DNA of 64,000 nt from Candidatus Curtissbacteria bacterium (GCA_030647775.1 JAUSJC010000010.1:200718-264717), one strand, 5' to 3'; shown: positions 29,042 to 38,564, numbered from the stretch's first letter. Notes: a model not told the origin generated them from the sequence alone. A program made the numbers and translations.

Positions 29042-29704
29042 GTGAAACTACTTTTAACTTCCGGCGGGATCACTAATGGCACCATCAAAAACGCCTTGGC
29101 CGATCTTATCGGCAAACCGTTTTCCGAAACTTCTCTTGCCTTTATTCCAACGGCGGCCGATGTCGAAGACCATGACAAGTCCTGGCTCGTTAATGATCTT
29201 AACAACTGTAAGAATCTAGGCCTAAAACTCTTGGATATTGTCGATATTTCGGCTCTTTCCAAAGAACAATGGGAGCCAAGGCTGCAATCTGCCGACATTT
29301 TATTTTTCGGCGGCGGCAACACTTTCCATTTAATGTATTGGATCAACAAATCCGGCCTTGCCAAAAAACTGCCTGGCCTTTTAAAAACAAAAGTTTACGT
29401 CGGCCTAAGCGCCGGCAGCATGGTTGCCGGTAAAACAATTAGTCTAAGCGACTCCAAAAAACTTTACTACGAAGATATAAAAGGTTATCAGGGCGAAAAA
29501 GTTTTGGGTTTTGTCGATTTTCAAATCCGCCCGCACTTAAATTCTCCCCATTTTCCAGACGTTCAAGAAAAAAAATTGAGAAAATTGGCTAAAAACGCAA
29601 AAGAAAAAGTTTACGCGATCGACGACAACATGGCCATAAAAGTGGTAGACTGCAAAGTGGAAGTAGTCGGTGAAGGCAAATATCTAATCCTTAATTCTAA
29701 ATAA
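29042..29704 (+). CDS. peptidase S51 (peptidase E / cyanophycinase-like)
   Basis: GTG start. LLLTSGGI, GGGNTF and VGLSAGSMVAG motifs. Confidence 0.75.
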   Translation: MKLLLTSGGITNGTIKNALADLIGKPFSETSLAFIPTAADVEDHDKSWLVNDLNNCKNLGLKLLDIVDISALSKEQWEPRLQSADILFFGGGNTFHLMYWINKSGLAKKLPGLLKTKVYVGLSAGSMVAGKTISLSDSKKLYYEDIKGYQGEKVLGFVDFQIRPHLNSPHFPDVQEKKLRKLAKNAKEKVYAIDDNMAIKVVDCKVEVVGEGKYLILNSK

Positions 29705-31182
29705 TGGACATGGTCTTCGATATAAAAAACAATGCACGTAGGAAAAAATCTGTCAAAATCATAGAAGCAGCATTAAAACGTGGCATAGATCTATCATCAT
29801 TGTCAGAGGATGTAGTCATAACAGAGGTTAAAGAAGGTGGGGTTGGTGATGATTATCATATAACTATCACTTACAGTTCGGATCAACTAAACAAAAAGAA
29901 GACTATGCCTGTCCCAAGTACGTCAATGCCACTTGCGGCTGATCAAAATGCAGCTAACCCTGCGTCATACCCCTCCAAAAAAATGGGAACATATTTCTTT
30001 AGATTTATAACACCTACACGTTTAACCTTCAGTGACTGGTTAGTACACCAGAAGTGGGAACAGAATGGAATAAAAGTAAATCTACCTTCGGTTAACGCCG
30101 AGATGATGGTTTTTGATAAAAGAATAAAACATAAAGGGACTTTTATGCACTATGGCCTCGGTTGCGACATAAAAATAATGAGCCAAAACGAAAAAGAAGC
30201 AAAATTACGATCAGAAGTAATAGTCCTAGAATTTTTAACACTCATTTCCTATCTAGAGAAATGTTATTTTGGCGCTCCGTCAATGATCTTAGAATACGAA
30301 TATCCAGAAGAGGGCACAAGCATTAAAAATTACTCAGCAATTATATTTGATAACAACTATATTCCTAAGGAAATAAGTCCGAGGCCGATTAACATTCAAA
30401 GGCTGCAAATTTTTTTAAATAAATTTGAACCACTGGAACCCAATAAAAAAATGTCCATAAGTCAAACATTACATTGGTTTTGGAAAGCTCTTGGTGCTGC
30501 CGACAAAAGAGACAGATTCTTAAGTCTTTGGATTGCACTGGAATTTTTAGAGGAGGAACTTAAAAAAAGATATGGTCTGGCAGCTTCCAAGTCCACTTTG
30601 CCTAAGTGTCCACACTGTAAAAACAACATAGACGCTTGCCCAAAATGTAAAAAGCCAGATCCTTTTTATAAAACAAATACCGGTTTTACAGGCTATAAAG
30701 AAATTGAGAAAGCTATCAAGGGAAAAACACTAAAATTTGACCAAATCCATGCTTACAGAAGTAAATTAATTCATGGTAATAACATCACCGTTAGGGAGGT
30801 AGACGACTCAATAATGTCTACAGTCATATTGATTAATTTGGCAATTTTGACATTAATGGACATGAGTACCGATCCTGATGTTAATGCTAGTGATGCAATA
30901 GAAATGGCAAAAGGATCAATAAGGAAATTAGCATTGCCAATAATGTATAGATTTGATGGGGAGATCAAAGTAAGCGAAATACCAGAAATAGACCATACGG
31001 AAAAGCAACCCTTCGTTTCTGGCGATTTTGATTTACATTTTAAGATTATTAACGGTTTTAAGATTGAAACAGATGGTAAATTAAGACACCAATTCCATGG
31101 AGTTTTTCAAAGTGGTAAGGTTAAAAAGATTTTAATGGTTGATGAGTCTGAAATCGTGGAAAAAGTTTGGGAAATTATTTAA
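29704..31182 (+). CDS. hypothetical 492 aa protein with a HEPN-like R-x4-H motif and an embedded CxxC...CxxC zinc ribbon
   Basis: TAATG overlap with the S51 gene. By eye, GC is lower than in the neighbours. Motifs are LHWFWKALGAADKRDRFLSLWIALEFL, CPHCKNNIDACPKCK and HAYRSKLIHGNN. Confidence 0.6.
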   Translation: MDMVFDIKNNARRKKSVKIIEAALKRGIDLSSLSEDVVITEVKEGGVGDDYHITITYSSDQLNKKKTMPVPSTSMPLAADQNAANPASYPSKKMGTYFFRFITPTRLTFSDWLVHQKWEQNGIKVNLPSVNAEMMVFDKRIKHKGTFMHYGLGCDIKIMSQNEKEAKLRSEVIVLEFLTLISYLEKCYFGAPSMILEYEYPEEGTSIKNYSAIIFDNNYIPKEISPRPINIQRLQIFLNKFEPLEPNKKMSISQTLHWFWKALGAADKRDRFLSLWIALEFLEEELKKRYGLAASKSTLPKCPHCKNNIDACPKCKKPDPFYKTNTGFTGYKEIEKAIKGKTLKFDQIHAYRSKLIHGNNITVREVDDSIMSTVILINLAILTLMDMSTDPDVNASDAIEMAKGSIRKLALPIMYRFDGEIKVSEIPEIDHTEKQPFVSGDFDLHFKIINGFKIETDGKLRHQFHGVFQSGKVKKILMVDESEIVEKVWEII

Positions 31183-31339
31183 ACCCTATCTATTCCAAAT
31201 GCTATACAAAATTATGCCTGCCCCAAAAAAAAGGAATCGCCCAATCCTTCCGCTCCGCGCCATAATTCGCCCGAAATAGTATAATACCAGGACGGAAAGG
31301 AGGATAAGTAAATTTAATCAATAAATTTACTAAAATACT

Positions 31340-31540
31340 ATGAATGGAGTAGTTAAAACAAAAATAGATAAAGGATTCGGATTTATTTCTCGTGAAGGAG
31401 AATCAAAGGATCTTTTCTTTCACTCTACGGATTTGAGCGGTGTCACTTTTGAAGAACTTCAAATAGGGGCAGCCGTCACGTTTGATGTTGAGAATGGTGA
31501 AAAAGGCCCAAGTGCAAAAAATGTAAAACTTGCTGCGTAA
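31340..31540 (+). CDS. cspA: cold-shock protein (CspA family)
   Basis: RNP motifs (KGFGFI, LFFHST), 66 aa. Confidence 0.9.
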   Translation: MNGVVKTKIDKGFGFISREGESKDLFFHSTDLSGVTFEELQIGAAVTFDVENGEKGPSAKNVKLAA

Positions 31541-31564
31541 AGTTTACAAAGTAATACAAAAAAG

Positions 31565-31588
31565 CCTTGCTTTATGCAAGGTTTTTTT
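31565..31588 (+). terminator. rho-independent terminator after the csp gene
   Basis: ccttgc-tttat-gcaagg followed by a T7 run. Confidence 0.7.
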
Positions 31589-31713
31589 GTGCTCTTACAC
31601 GCCGTAATTTCTCGAGGCAAAACGTTGCCGAAGATCCAGAGAGCAAGATAGCGAGCTGGAAACCTTAATTAGCCTCATTTTCGTTTGTTTCCAATTACTG
31701 ATATACTAAAGTT

Positions 31714-32370
31714 ATGTCTGCCAAAAGTCGAGTTATCGAGACCCTGAGCCTATCGAAGGGGGGATTTGCCCAACCCGCAGTAGTTCTTATCCTGCTCGGC
31801 ATTTTTGCCGCAGCTTTTTTTAACTTCAAAAATATCACAAAATGGGTTGCCTCTTTGGCGCCGCCGCCCCCCGTCTATCAAAACACCATCCCCCAGTGGC
31901 AAGTTTATAAAAACCAGACTCATGAATTCTCCATTGAATATCCCAACGGTTGGTTTGTTAGAAGTTACGGTGATTACGCCGCCAATTTCCAAACGACCGA
32001 CCTAAAACTGGGCGAAGCGACCCCTGGTGCAATTAGGGTTAAATTTGCGGCTCTTAAAGAAAACGTGGATCAAGCCGAATTTGAAAAGATTTATAAAATC
32101 GGCGTGGGCGTTGATATTTATGAGCCCCTTGATGTCAAATCAATAATCGCCAAAGTCAAAAACCTGATGTTTGGTCAATACAGGGGAGTGGAATATGTCG
32201 TTAACCGCAGCTTTTCCGCCCTCGAAGGCCCCCGCGGCCAGTTTACCCATTTTTACTCGGTTAATAAAAATGGGGTAATCCTACAGTTTTTCTCGGCAGC
32301 CGATACAAAAGATGCCCATCAGAAATCCGACGCGATTTTCCGGAAGATGATTGCCACGCTTAGGTTTTAG
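31714..32370 (+). CDS. hypothetical membrane-anchored protein; its N-terminus is encoded by a family A element
   Basis: MSAKSRVIETLSLSKGG, then a TM helix. The N-terminal leader is shared with gltX. Confidence 0.5.
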   Translation: MSAKSRVIETLSLSKGGFAQPAVVLILLGIFAAAFFNFKNITKWVASLAPPPPVYQNTIPQWQVYKNQTHEFSIEYPNGWFVRSYGDYAANFQTTDLKLGEATPGAIRVKFAALKENVDQAEFEKIYKIGVGVDIYEPLDVKSIIAKVKNLMFGQYRGVEYVVNRSFSALEGPRGQFTHFYSVNKNGVILQFFSAADTKDAHQKSDAIFRKMIATLRF

Positions 32371-32971
32371 ATCTGCCTTTCCAAATCCGTTCTGTTTCCC
32401 CGTCCAATTTGTTGGCGTATCTAGCCAAAACGAATAGCCAATCTGAAAGCCTATTAATATAAGGGAGGATCGCCGCGTTTATTTTTTCCTCTTCCGCGAG
32501 TGTCACAATTGCCCGCTCGGCCCGTCTTGCCGTTGCCCGGGCCAGATGTAATTTCGATCCGCTGGAACTTCCGCCCGGCAAAATAAAATTCTTGAGTTTG
32601 AGCAGCTGCCGATCCATCCGGTCGATTTCTTTCTCTAAGCGTGTAATATGAGCTCTAGTAATTTTGGGAATTTTCACCTTTACATTTTTTGGCGTGGCTA
32701 AATTACTTCCTAAAACCATCAGTTCTGCCTGAACTCTTTCTAATTTTTTTGTCATCGCGAGCGAAGCGAAGCGATCTCTTTTATAATCAGAATCGAGATT
32801 GCTTCGTCGTTCCACTCCTCGTAATGACAGGTCGGATAGAACAACTCCTATCAAGCTGTTCAGCTCATCCACCGTTCCATAAGCCGCTATCCTCGCCGAA
32901 TTTTTCTCCACCCTCTCGCCGCCAAATAGGGAAGTCGTACCGCTGTCTCCGGTCTTTGTGTAAATCTTCAC
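32360..32971 (-). CDS. PduO-type ATP:cob(I)alamin adenosyltransferase
   Basis: MKIYTKTGDSGTTSL N-terminus. Contains an in-frame family B insertion (RFASLAMTKK) at 32751-32815. Confidence 0.75.
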   Translation of the reverse strand: MKIYTKTGDSGTTSLFGGERVEKNSARIAAYGTVDELNSLIGVVLSDLSLRGVERRSNLDSDYKRDRFASLAMTKKLERVQAELMVLGSNLATPKNVKVKIPKITRAHITRLEKEIDRMDRQLLKLKNFILPGGSSSGSKLHLARATARRAERAIVTLAEEEKINAAILPYINRLSDWLFVLARYANKLDGETERIWKGRSKT

Positions 32972-33071
32972 CGGTCAAATAATATCATAGCCGGTCGGTT
33001 CTGTTAAAATATACAGTGCCATGCGGTCCTCACAGGCTGCGGGCCTAATACAGTAGAGGAGGTGACTCTAT

Positions 33072-33299
33072 ATGTTTGTACTACTTGCTCAAATGATGCG
33101 CTACGGTAACCAGTCCGGTGTTACTACAAGGTCAAATGACGGTACGGATCTACATAGCTCAATGATGGGCTGGGCGGGCAGCAACCAGAATATTTTCTGG
33201 ATCGACTCACTCCTGAGTTTGGTCACTTGGATTTTGGTTATTGCCGTTTTGTTTGCTCTTTTCAGATGGCTTTGGAAAAAGGGAGACAAGGGAAGATAA
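33072..33299 (+). CDS. small membrane protein (75 aa) at the head of the copper operon
   Basis: C-terminal TM helix. An extended -10 (tgttaaaat) lies upstream at about 33000. Confidence 0.4.
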   Translation: MFVLLAQMMRYGNQSGVTTRSNDGTDLHSSMMGWAGSNQNIFWIDSLLSLVTWILVIAVLFALFRWLWKKGDKGR

Positions 33300-33315
33300 A
33301 GCGGATTATTCCTTG

Positions 33316-33366
33316 TTGACACCAATGATATATTTTCCCTAATATATCCTCATAGGGAGGATATAT
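33316..33366 (+). promoter_or_regulatory. sigma70 promoter (TTGACA, 18 bp spacer, TAATAT) overlapping a 10-5-10 inverted repeat (ATATATCCTC-atagg-GAGGATATAT); candidate CsoR operator
   Basis: -35 at 33316-33321, -10 at 33340-33345, inverted repeat at 33342-33366 running into the csoR start codon. Confidence 0.45.
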
Positions 33367-33637
33367 GGCATACAGGCCAAAAGACACACAAGAACGCATA
33401 CTCCATAGACTCAAAATAGCCAAAGGTCATCTCGAAAAAGTAGTAACAATGGTAAAAGATGATGTCTACTGCATCGATGTCTTGCAGCAATTGCAAGCCG
33501 TTGAGGGAGGACTCAAAGAGACAGGCAATCTTATTCTTGAAAATCACCTAATGTGTTGCGTTGCAGATGCTATCACGAAAGGTAAAAAAGACCAGACGAT
33601 TGCCGAGGTTATGGAAGTTTTCCGAAAGAAGCAATAA
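33365..33637 (+). CDS. csoR: copper-sensing repressor CsoR (CsoR/RcnR family)
   Basis: 90 aa. C-H-C ligand pattern (YCIDV ... H ... MCC). Confidence 0.75.
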   Translation: MAYRPKDTQERILHRLKIAKGHLEKVVTMVKDDVYCIDVLQQLQAVEGGLKETGNLILENHLMCCVADAITKGKKDQTIAEVMEVFRKKQ

Positions 33638-34134
33638 TGAAAGGCAAAAATCTTATTTTTATTATTGCATTTATTACGCTAATAGTCCTCATTGGAGGCG
33701 TGTTCTTAGTAAGTAAAACAACACAATCTCCTCAAGTGGCCGGGTTCCAAGATGCAAAAGCATATGTTATCGATGCGACAAGTTTTGACTGGGGAAATAT
33801 TCCAATGAACGGAGGATTAATGACCAAAACGTTTACTATTAAAAATACGGGAACCGATACTTTAAAGCTTTTGAATATTAAGACATCCTGCCATTGTACG
33901 AAGGCTCATGTAACAATTGACGGTAAAAAAAGTCCCGATTTTGGAATGGATGGAATTTCCTCATGGGTTGGGGAAGTTACGCCGGGAAAAGAAGCAAAGT
34001 TGACCGCTATTTTTGACCCTGCTTATCATGGACCGCAGGGAGTAGGTCCTATGAATAGATTTGTTTCGGTTGAAACAAATGACCGAGGTATTTCAAAATT
34101 AGCGTTTACGCTTACGGGGACGGTAGTAAAATAA
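33637..34134 (+). CDS. membrane-anchored DUF1573 domain protein
   Basis: N-terminal TM helix, then a beta-rich domain with the SCHCTKAH motif. Confidence 0.55.
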   Translation: MKGKNLIFIIAFITLIVLIGGVFLVSKTTQSPQVAGFQDAKAYVIDATSFDWGNIPMNGGLMTKTFTIKNTGTDTLKLLNIKTSCHCTKAHVTIDGKKSPDFGMDGISSWVGEVTPGKEAKLTAIFDPAYHGPQGVGPMNRFVSVETNDRGISKLAFTLTGTVVK

Positions 34135-34135
34135 T

Positions 34136-35107
34136 ATGAAAATAAGCAAGTTCCAAAAAATTCGTTCGCGACGTTTTAGACAAGCGAAAAAACTTTTGTC
34201 AAAAACAATACCTATTTGGATGGTTACCGTAGTGCTTTTAAATTCCGTTTTGGCAACCGGGTTTATAGAATATTACATTATGAAAAAGAATTTTAATAAC
34301 GCACTTGTTTCTCTTTCAAAAACAACAAAAAGTCCCGCAGAGCTTGTCCAAATTTTAAAACAGCAAGTATTGCCCCAAGGCGGGTATACGCTAGGAGTGC
34401 GGTGGGATGATATAGGGAAAAAACTTTTGGAGTCAGGGGTTATTGATAAGGCCAAATATGAAGGACTTTTTGTAAACGATCCGGAAGCAAAAAACCAAAT
34501 GAAATATTTATCGCAGGACTTGCAAGATAACATGATGATAAACGAGAAAAACGCTCATTTTATGGTAAATACCCTGTGGGCTCTTGGTCTTGTCAATAAA
34601 AGTGACGTCCTTGACAAAGGATCGATGAAAACGTACGGAAAAGGAAATGTTATGAATTTTGCCTCTACCGGCGGATGGAATCTGGGCGCAAAGGAAACAA
34701 GTCAGCTTTATTCTTCAGTGGAAATTATAAAACTGACACCCGAGCAGCAGGAACTGGTTAAAAAGATAGCGCAAAATATCTACCGCCCCTGCTGCGGCAA
34801 CTCCACTGAATTTCCGGACTGCAACCATGGTATGGCAGCGCTTGGATACATAGAACTTGCAATAAGCCAAGGTGTGCCGGAGGAAAGAATTTATAAAGAT
34901 ATTCTTGCTCTAAATTCTTTTTGGTTTCCTCAGAATTATGTAGAGCTTGCCGCCTACATGCAGAAGCAGGGGACCCAGTGGAAAAATGTTGACGCAAAAT
35001 TGGCTCTATCCTTCCAGTATTCATCAGCGCAGGGAGCACAAAGTATTCATCAGGCAGTACAAGACGTACCGGGTTTAGGTAGCGTGGGTGGAAGTTGCGG
35101 ACAATAA
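34136..35107 (+). CDS. hypothetical membrane-anchored protein with a Cys-rich motif (PCCGNSTEFPDCNHG) and a C-terminal GGSCGQ
   Basis: 323 aa ORF inside the copper/thiol operon. Confidence 0.5.
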   Translation: MKISKFQKIRSRRFRQAKKLLSKTIPIWMVTVVLLNSVLATGFIEYYIMKKNFNNALVSLSKTTKSPAELVQILKQQVLPQGGYTLGVRWDDIGKKLLESGVIDKAKYEGLFVNDPEAKNQMKYLSQDLQDNMMINEKNAHFMVNTLWALGLVNKSDVLDKGSMKTYGKGNVMNFASTGGWNLGAKETSQLYSSVEIIKLTPEQQELVKKIAQNIYRPCCGNSTEFPDCNHGMAALGYIELAISQGVPEERIYKDILALNSFWFPQNYVELAAYMQKQGTQWKNVDAKLALSFQYSSAQGAQSIHQAVQDVPGLGSVGGSCGQ

Positions 35108-35113
35108 AATAAG

Positions 35114-35947
35114 ATGGAAGGCGCAATACTGCAAACATCGCTAGTCGCCGCCTTTGCCGCCGGTATAGTTGCCCTTTTTGCGCCATGCTGTATCACATAT
35201 CTTTTGCCAGCCTATTTAGGTAGCGTATTCAAGGAGAAGGAAAAAGTTCTACTTATGACGCTGGTTTTTGGCCTTGGTATTTTTATTGTCATGATGCCGG
35301 CTATTTTAGGAGTAGCGCTTCTTTCAAAAGCTCTTTTTATATACCATGGCCCGATCTATTTTGTCGGAGGATTGGTAATGATTGCAATAGCTCTAATTAC
35401 TATTCTTGGTTTGCGTCTTCCCATGCCTCATTTGCCGGGCAGAGCTCAAGGCAAGACAGACATTCTCTCGATTTTTACGCTCGGCATTTTTTCCGGAATC
35501 ACCAGCGCCTGCTGCGCGCCTGTTTTAATAGGAATTCTTGCTCTTACATTCCTTTCGCCGAACTTTTTAGGGGCACTGGGGATAGGGGCAGTCTATGTAT
35601 TGGGTATGATAACCCCGCTCCTTATTATTTCATTGTTCCTCTCCGGTAAGATTGAAAGATTTATGTTTTTGAGAAAACCCGTCAGGCAATTGAGCTTTTT
35701 AGGGAAAGACAGGACTCTTCTTATGAGCAATTTTATTGCAAGCACCATTTTTTTTATAACGGGTGTTGCCATCATTATTTTGAATACAACGGGAAGGCTT
35801 GGGAAGGAAGATGTAAATGGATTTACAAAACTCATAACAGGCGCGGGAAATTATGTAAATCAATTAGTTGGCGGAAATATAGCCATAAATATAATTTTTC
35901 TTATGGTAATAATTTTTGGGCTTTATAAACTTATAAAGAAAATATAA
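35114..35947 (+). CDS. DsbD_2/CcdA-like thiol-disulfide transporter
   Basis: LFAPCCITYLLP and ACCAPVLIGIL motifs, polytopic. Confidence 0.6.
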   Translation: MEGAILQTSLVAAFAAGIVALFAPCCITYLLPAYLGSVFKEKEKVLLMTLVFGLGIFIVMMPAILGVALLSKALFIYHGPIYFVGGLVMIAIALITILGLRLPMPHLPGRAQGKTDILSIFTLGIFSGITSACCAPVLIGILALTFLSPNFLGALGIGAVYVLGMITPLLIISLFLSGKIERFMFLRKPVRQLSFLGKDRTLLMSNFIASTIFFITGVAIIILNTTGRLGKEDVNGFTKLITGAGNYVNQLVGGNIAINIIFLMVIIFGLYKLIKKI

Positions 35948-35956
35948 GGTGGTATT

Positions 35957-36115
35957 ATGAATAAAAGTATTGTACTACTTATTATTGTTGCTTTTATTGT
36001 CGGAGGTGTTCTTGCGGGAAGAATTGATATTTCAAGATTGCTTCCTTTTGCTATTATTTTGATTTGTCCACTAATGATGATGTTTATGATGAAAGATCAC
36101 CATAAACATAAATAA
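35957..36115 (+). CDS. small His-rich membrane peptide (52 aa)
   Basis: MNKSIVLLIIVAFIVGG...ICPLMMMFMMKDHHKHK. RBS aaggtgg. Absent from the ORF track (<60 aa). Confidence 0.4.
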   Translation: MNKSIVLLIIVAFIVGGVLAGRIDISRLLPFAIILICPLMMMFMMKDHHKHK

Positions 36116-36128
36116 AGGAGGTGAATAA

Positions 36129-36395
36129 ATGTTAAATGCAAAAGCGTTTGCAAACGCAGCAGCAACAGTAATGGCAGTATGGGTACTGGCGTGTGCCCTG
36201 TTATCATTCCTTGCACCCGATTTGCTTTTCACCGTTGCCCAGTCCTGGATGCATACCATAAACCTGGAGTCGGTTAAAACGACTCTCAATCCAAATTTAG
36301 GGTTTTTACTTTGGGGATTGATCACGGCAACAGGTTTGACTTGGCTGACAACATACTCATTTGCCAAGTTGTACAACCGGTTTACAAAGAAGTAA
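36129..36395 (+). CDS. small membrane protein
   Basis: 88 aa with two TM helices. RBS aaggagg. Confidence 0.45.
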   Translation: MLNAKAFANAAATVMAVWVLACALLSFLAPDLLFTVAQSWMHTINLESVKTTLNPNLGFLLWGLITATGLTWLTTYSFAKLYNRFTKK

Positions 36396-36404
36396 AAAAG
36401 TACT

Positions 36405-36572
36405 ATGTTCTGGCCAAAAAAATCTAAAAAAGCAGCCGATCCTGTTTGCCTTATGAAAGTAAAGGTAGAAGACGGTGCAGTCTCATTAGGCCATAAGGGT
36501 CAAAGGTATTATTTTTGTTCCGAAAATTGTAAGGGACAATTCAAACAAAATCCGCAAAAATATTTATCATGA
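36405..36572 (+). CDS. YHS-domain metal-binding protein (55 aa)
   Basis: DPVCLMKV ... YYFCSENCKGQF. Absent from the ORF track (<60 aa). Confidence 0.55.
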   Translation: MFWPKKSKKAADPVCLMKVKVEDGAVSLGHKGQRYYFCSENCKGQFKQNPQKYLS

Positions 36573-36604
36573 AAAATATTTTTGAAAACGAGCCGCATCA
36601 TTAA

Positions 36605-37486
36605 ATGGATTTATTAGTAAGCGCGTCATTTATTGCTTCATTCTTTGCGGGAGTCGCCGCTCTTTTTGCGCCTTGTTGCGTGACTGTTCTTTTACCCACA
36701 TATCTTGCTTCGGTTTTTAAGCAAAGAACAACCGTGTTTTTAATGACCTTTGTCTATTTCTTAGGCCTACTGTTAGTATTTTTGCCAATTGGGCTGGGGG
36801 CAGCCGCCCTAACCCAGGTTTTTAGTTCGTATCATAATGTCATTTTTTACTTAGGCTCAATCTTTTTACTTATGCTTGGGTTTAGTCTGGTCCTCGGCTT
36901 GCAATTTTCATTTCCTGTCGTAGTCCACCCGCGGCTCAGGGGTTCGGGATTAGGTTCGGTTTTTGTTTTAGGGGTATTTTCCGGCATAGCCACGACTTGT
37001 TGTGCCCCGGTTTTAGCCGGCGTTTTAACTCTTGCCGCCATGCCGGGGTCATTTCTCTTGGGTGGGGCTTACACGCTTGCCTACGTTTTGGGCATGGTTA
37101 TTCCTTTATTTGTCCTGAGCGCACTGCTCGACAAGAGTAAATTTACACAAAAGTTTTTCATTTTTAGAAAAACAGTAAGCTATAGCTTTTTTGGTAAAAA
37201 AATCCGCCTGACCATATCAAATCTTTTTTCGGGATTAATGTTTTTAACTCTCGGAGCACTTATTTTTTACTTGGCCAGGACAAATAATCTGGCATCTCAT
37301 GCTTCCTATCAAATTACGGTTAATGTATTCCTTACAAAACTTATACGATTTGTGAGTACCTATACAAAAATTATTTCGGAGCCCATCTGGGCCATTATCT
37401 TCTTTGTCGCGTTTCTGGCAATTATTGGAATTTCCGTCAGACAATTCTTAAACTCAAACGATAAGAAAGAAGGTGGTCACAAATAA
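36605..37486 (+). CDS. second DsbD_2/CcdA-like thiol-disulfide transporter
   Basis: LFAPCCVTVLLP and TCCAPVLAGV motifs. Confidence 0.6.
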   Translation: MDLLVSASFIASFFAGVAALFAPCCVTVLLPTYLASVFKQRTTVFLMTFVYFLGLLLVFLPIGLGAAALTQVFSSYHNVIFYLGSIFLLMLGFSLVLGLQFSFPVVVHPRLRGSGLGSVFVLGVFSGIATTCCAPVLAGVLTLAAMPGSFLLGGAYTLAYVLGMVIPLFVLSALLDKSKFTQKFFIFRKTVSYSFFGKKIRLTISNLFSGLMFLTLGALIFYLARTNNLASHASYQITVNVFLTKLIRFVSTYTKIISEPIWAIIFFVAFLAIIGISVRQFLNSNDKKEGGHK

Positions 37487-37530
37487 AAAAACAAACAATT
37501 TTTATCATAGTCCCGGTTGCACTATTTATC

Positions 37531-38106
37531 TTGGCCGCCGTAGCCTTCTTTTTAGCCGGAAATAGCGGCAATGACAATCAATCGACAAACGGTAACGATC
37601 ATCATCAAGAACAGGCCACACAAGACGAAAATAAGTTCAACGCCCTTCTCGGCAATGAAGCCCCCAATTTTACTCTAGAAAGTTTCGACGGCAAAAAAAT
37701 CAACCTGCAAGACTTAAGAGGTAAAAAAGTCGTCTTATTTTTTAACGAAGGCGTTATGTGTTACCCAGCCTGTTGGAACCAAATTGCCGCTTTCGGAAAA
37801 GATAATGCCTTCAATAATGAAAGCACGTCTACCCTTGTAATTAACCCCGATACAAAAAACGACTGGAAAACCGCTGTTTCCAAAATGCCGGAACTAGCAT
37901 CAGCCAATGTTCTTCTAGATTCAAATAAAAACGTTTCAAGAGAATATGGGGTACTATCCCTGCCATCTTCAATGCATAAAGGAACTATGCCCGGCCATAC
38001 ATATCTTATTCTCGACAAAAATGGTGTCGTCCGTTTTCTCAAAGACGATCCGCAAATGGCCGTTAGAAATGACGAACTGCGAAAGGAGCTTGAGAAGCTG
38101 AATTGA
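37531..38106 (+). CDS. thioredoxin-fold redoxin (AhpC/TSA-like)
   Basis: N-terminal TM helix. VVLFFNEGVMCYPAC places a CxxC motif in a Trx-like context. Confidence 0.6.
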   Translation: MAAVAFFLAGNSGNDNQSTNGNDHHQEQATQDENKFNALLGNEAPNFTLESFDGKKINLQDLRGKKVVLFFNEGVMCYPACWNQIAAFGKDNAFNNESTSTLVINPDTKNDWKTAVSKMPELASANVLLDSNKNVSREYGVLSLPSSMHKGTMPGHTYLILDKNGVVRFLKDDPQMAVRNDELRKELEKLN

Positions 38107-38564
38107 TTGCCAGAGAGATGAAAGCTGTGCTTAGTATAACAGCCTGGGCAGTTTTAAAAGGAGTATTAGCGGCACTTTTTTTACTGACACTTTATTTTGC
38201 CGTTGTCTCTCTGGTGTCAGGCTGGGATTTTGCAAAAGACCAATTCACTAAATTTTGGTACTTTACAATAACTCTCGCACTTGGATTTGGGATCCAAATT
38301 GGTCTTTATAGTTATTTAAAAAGTGCCATCCGTCAAGCTGTTTCGGCAAAAGTAGTAGCAGCGTCAGGCGCAACATCAACTGTAGCCATGATTTCTTGCT
38401 GTGCTCATTATTTGGCCACTATTTTGCCAATATTAGGAATAACCGGAATAATTACAATCATTAGTCAATATCAGGTTCGTTTATTCTGGATTGGCCTAGC
38501 ATTTAACTTAGCCGGTATTTCGTATATGCTAAGTAGATTAATAAAGTACACTCGCCCGGTATGA
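38103..38564 (+). CDS. membrane protein, unknown
   Basis: 153 aa polytopic ORF with overlapping stop and start codons within the operon. Confidence 0.4.
   Translation: MIAREMKAVLSITAWAVLKGVLAALFLLTLYFAVVSLVSGWDFAKDQFTKFWYFTITLALGFGIQIGLYSYLKSAIRQAVSAKVVAASGATSTVAMISCCAHYLATILPILGITGIITIISQYQVRLFWIGLAFNLAGISYMLSRLIKYTRPV

Noticed and set aside
29042-31182. Peptidase S51 as part of a two-gene defence system with the downstream unknown
   Set aside because: S51 has host-like composition and is a common housekeeping dipeptidase. The coupling is noted, but there is no independent evidence that the peptidase is part of a system.
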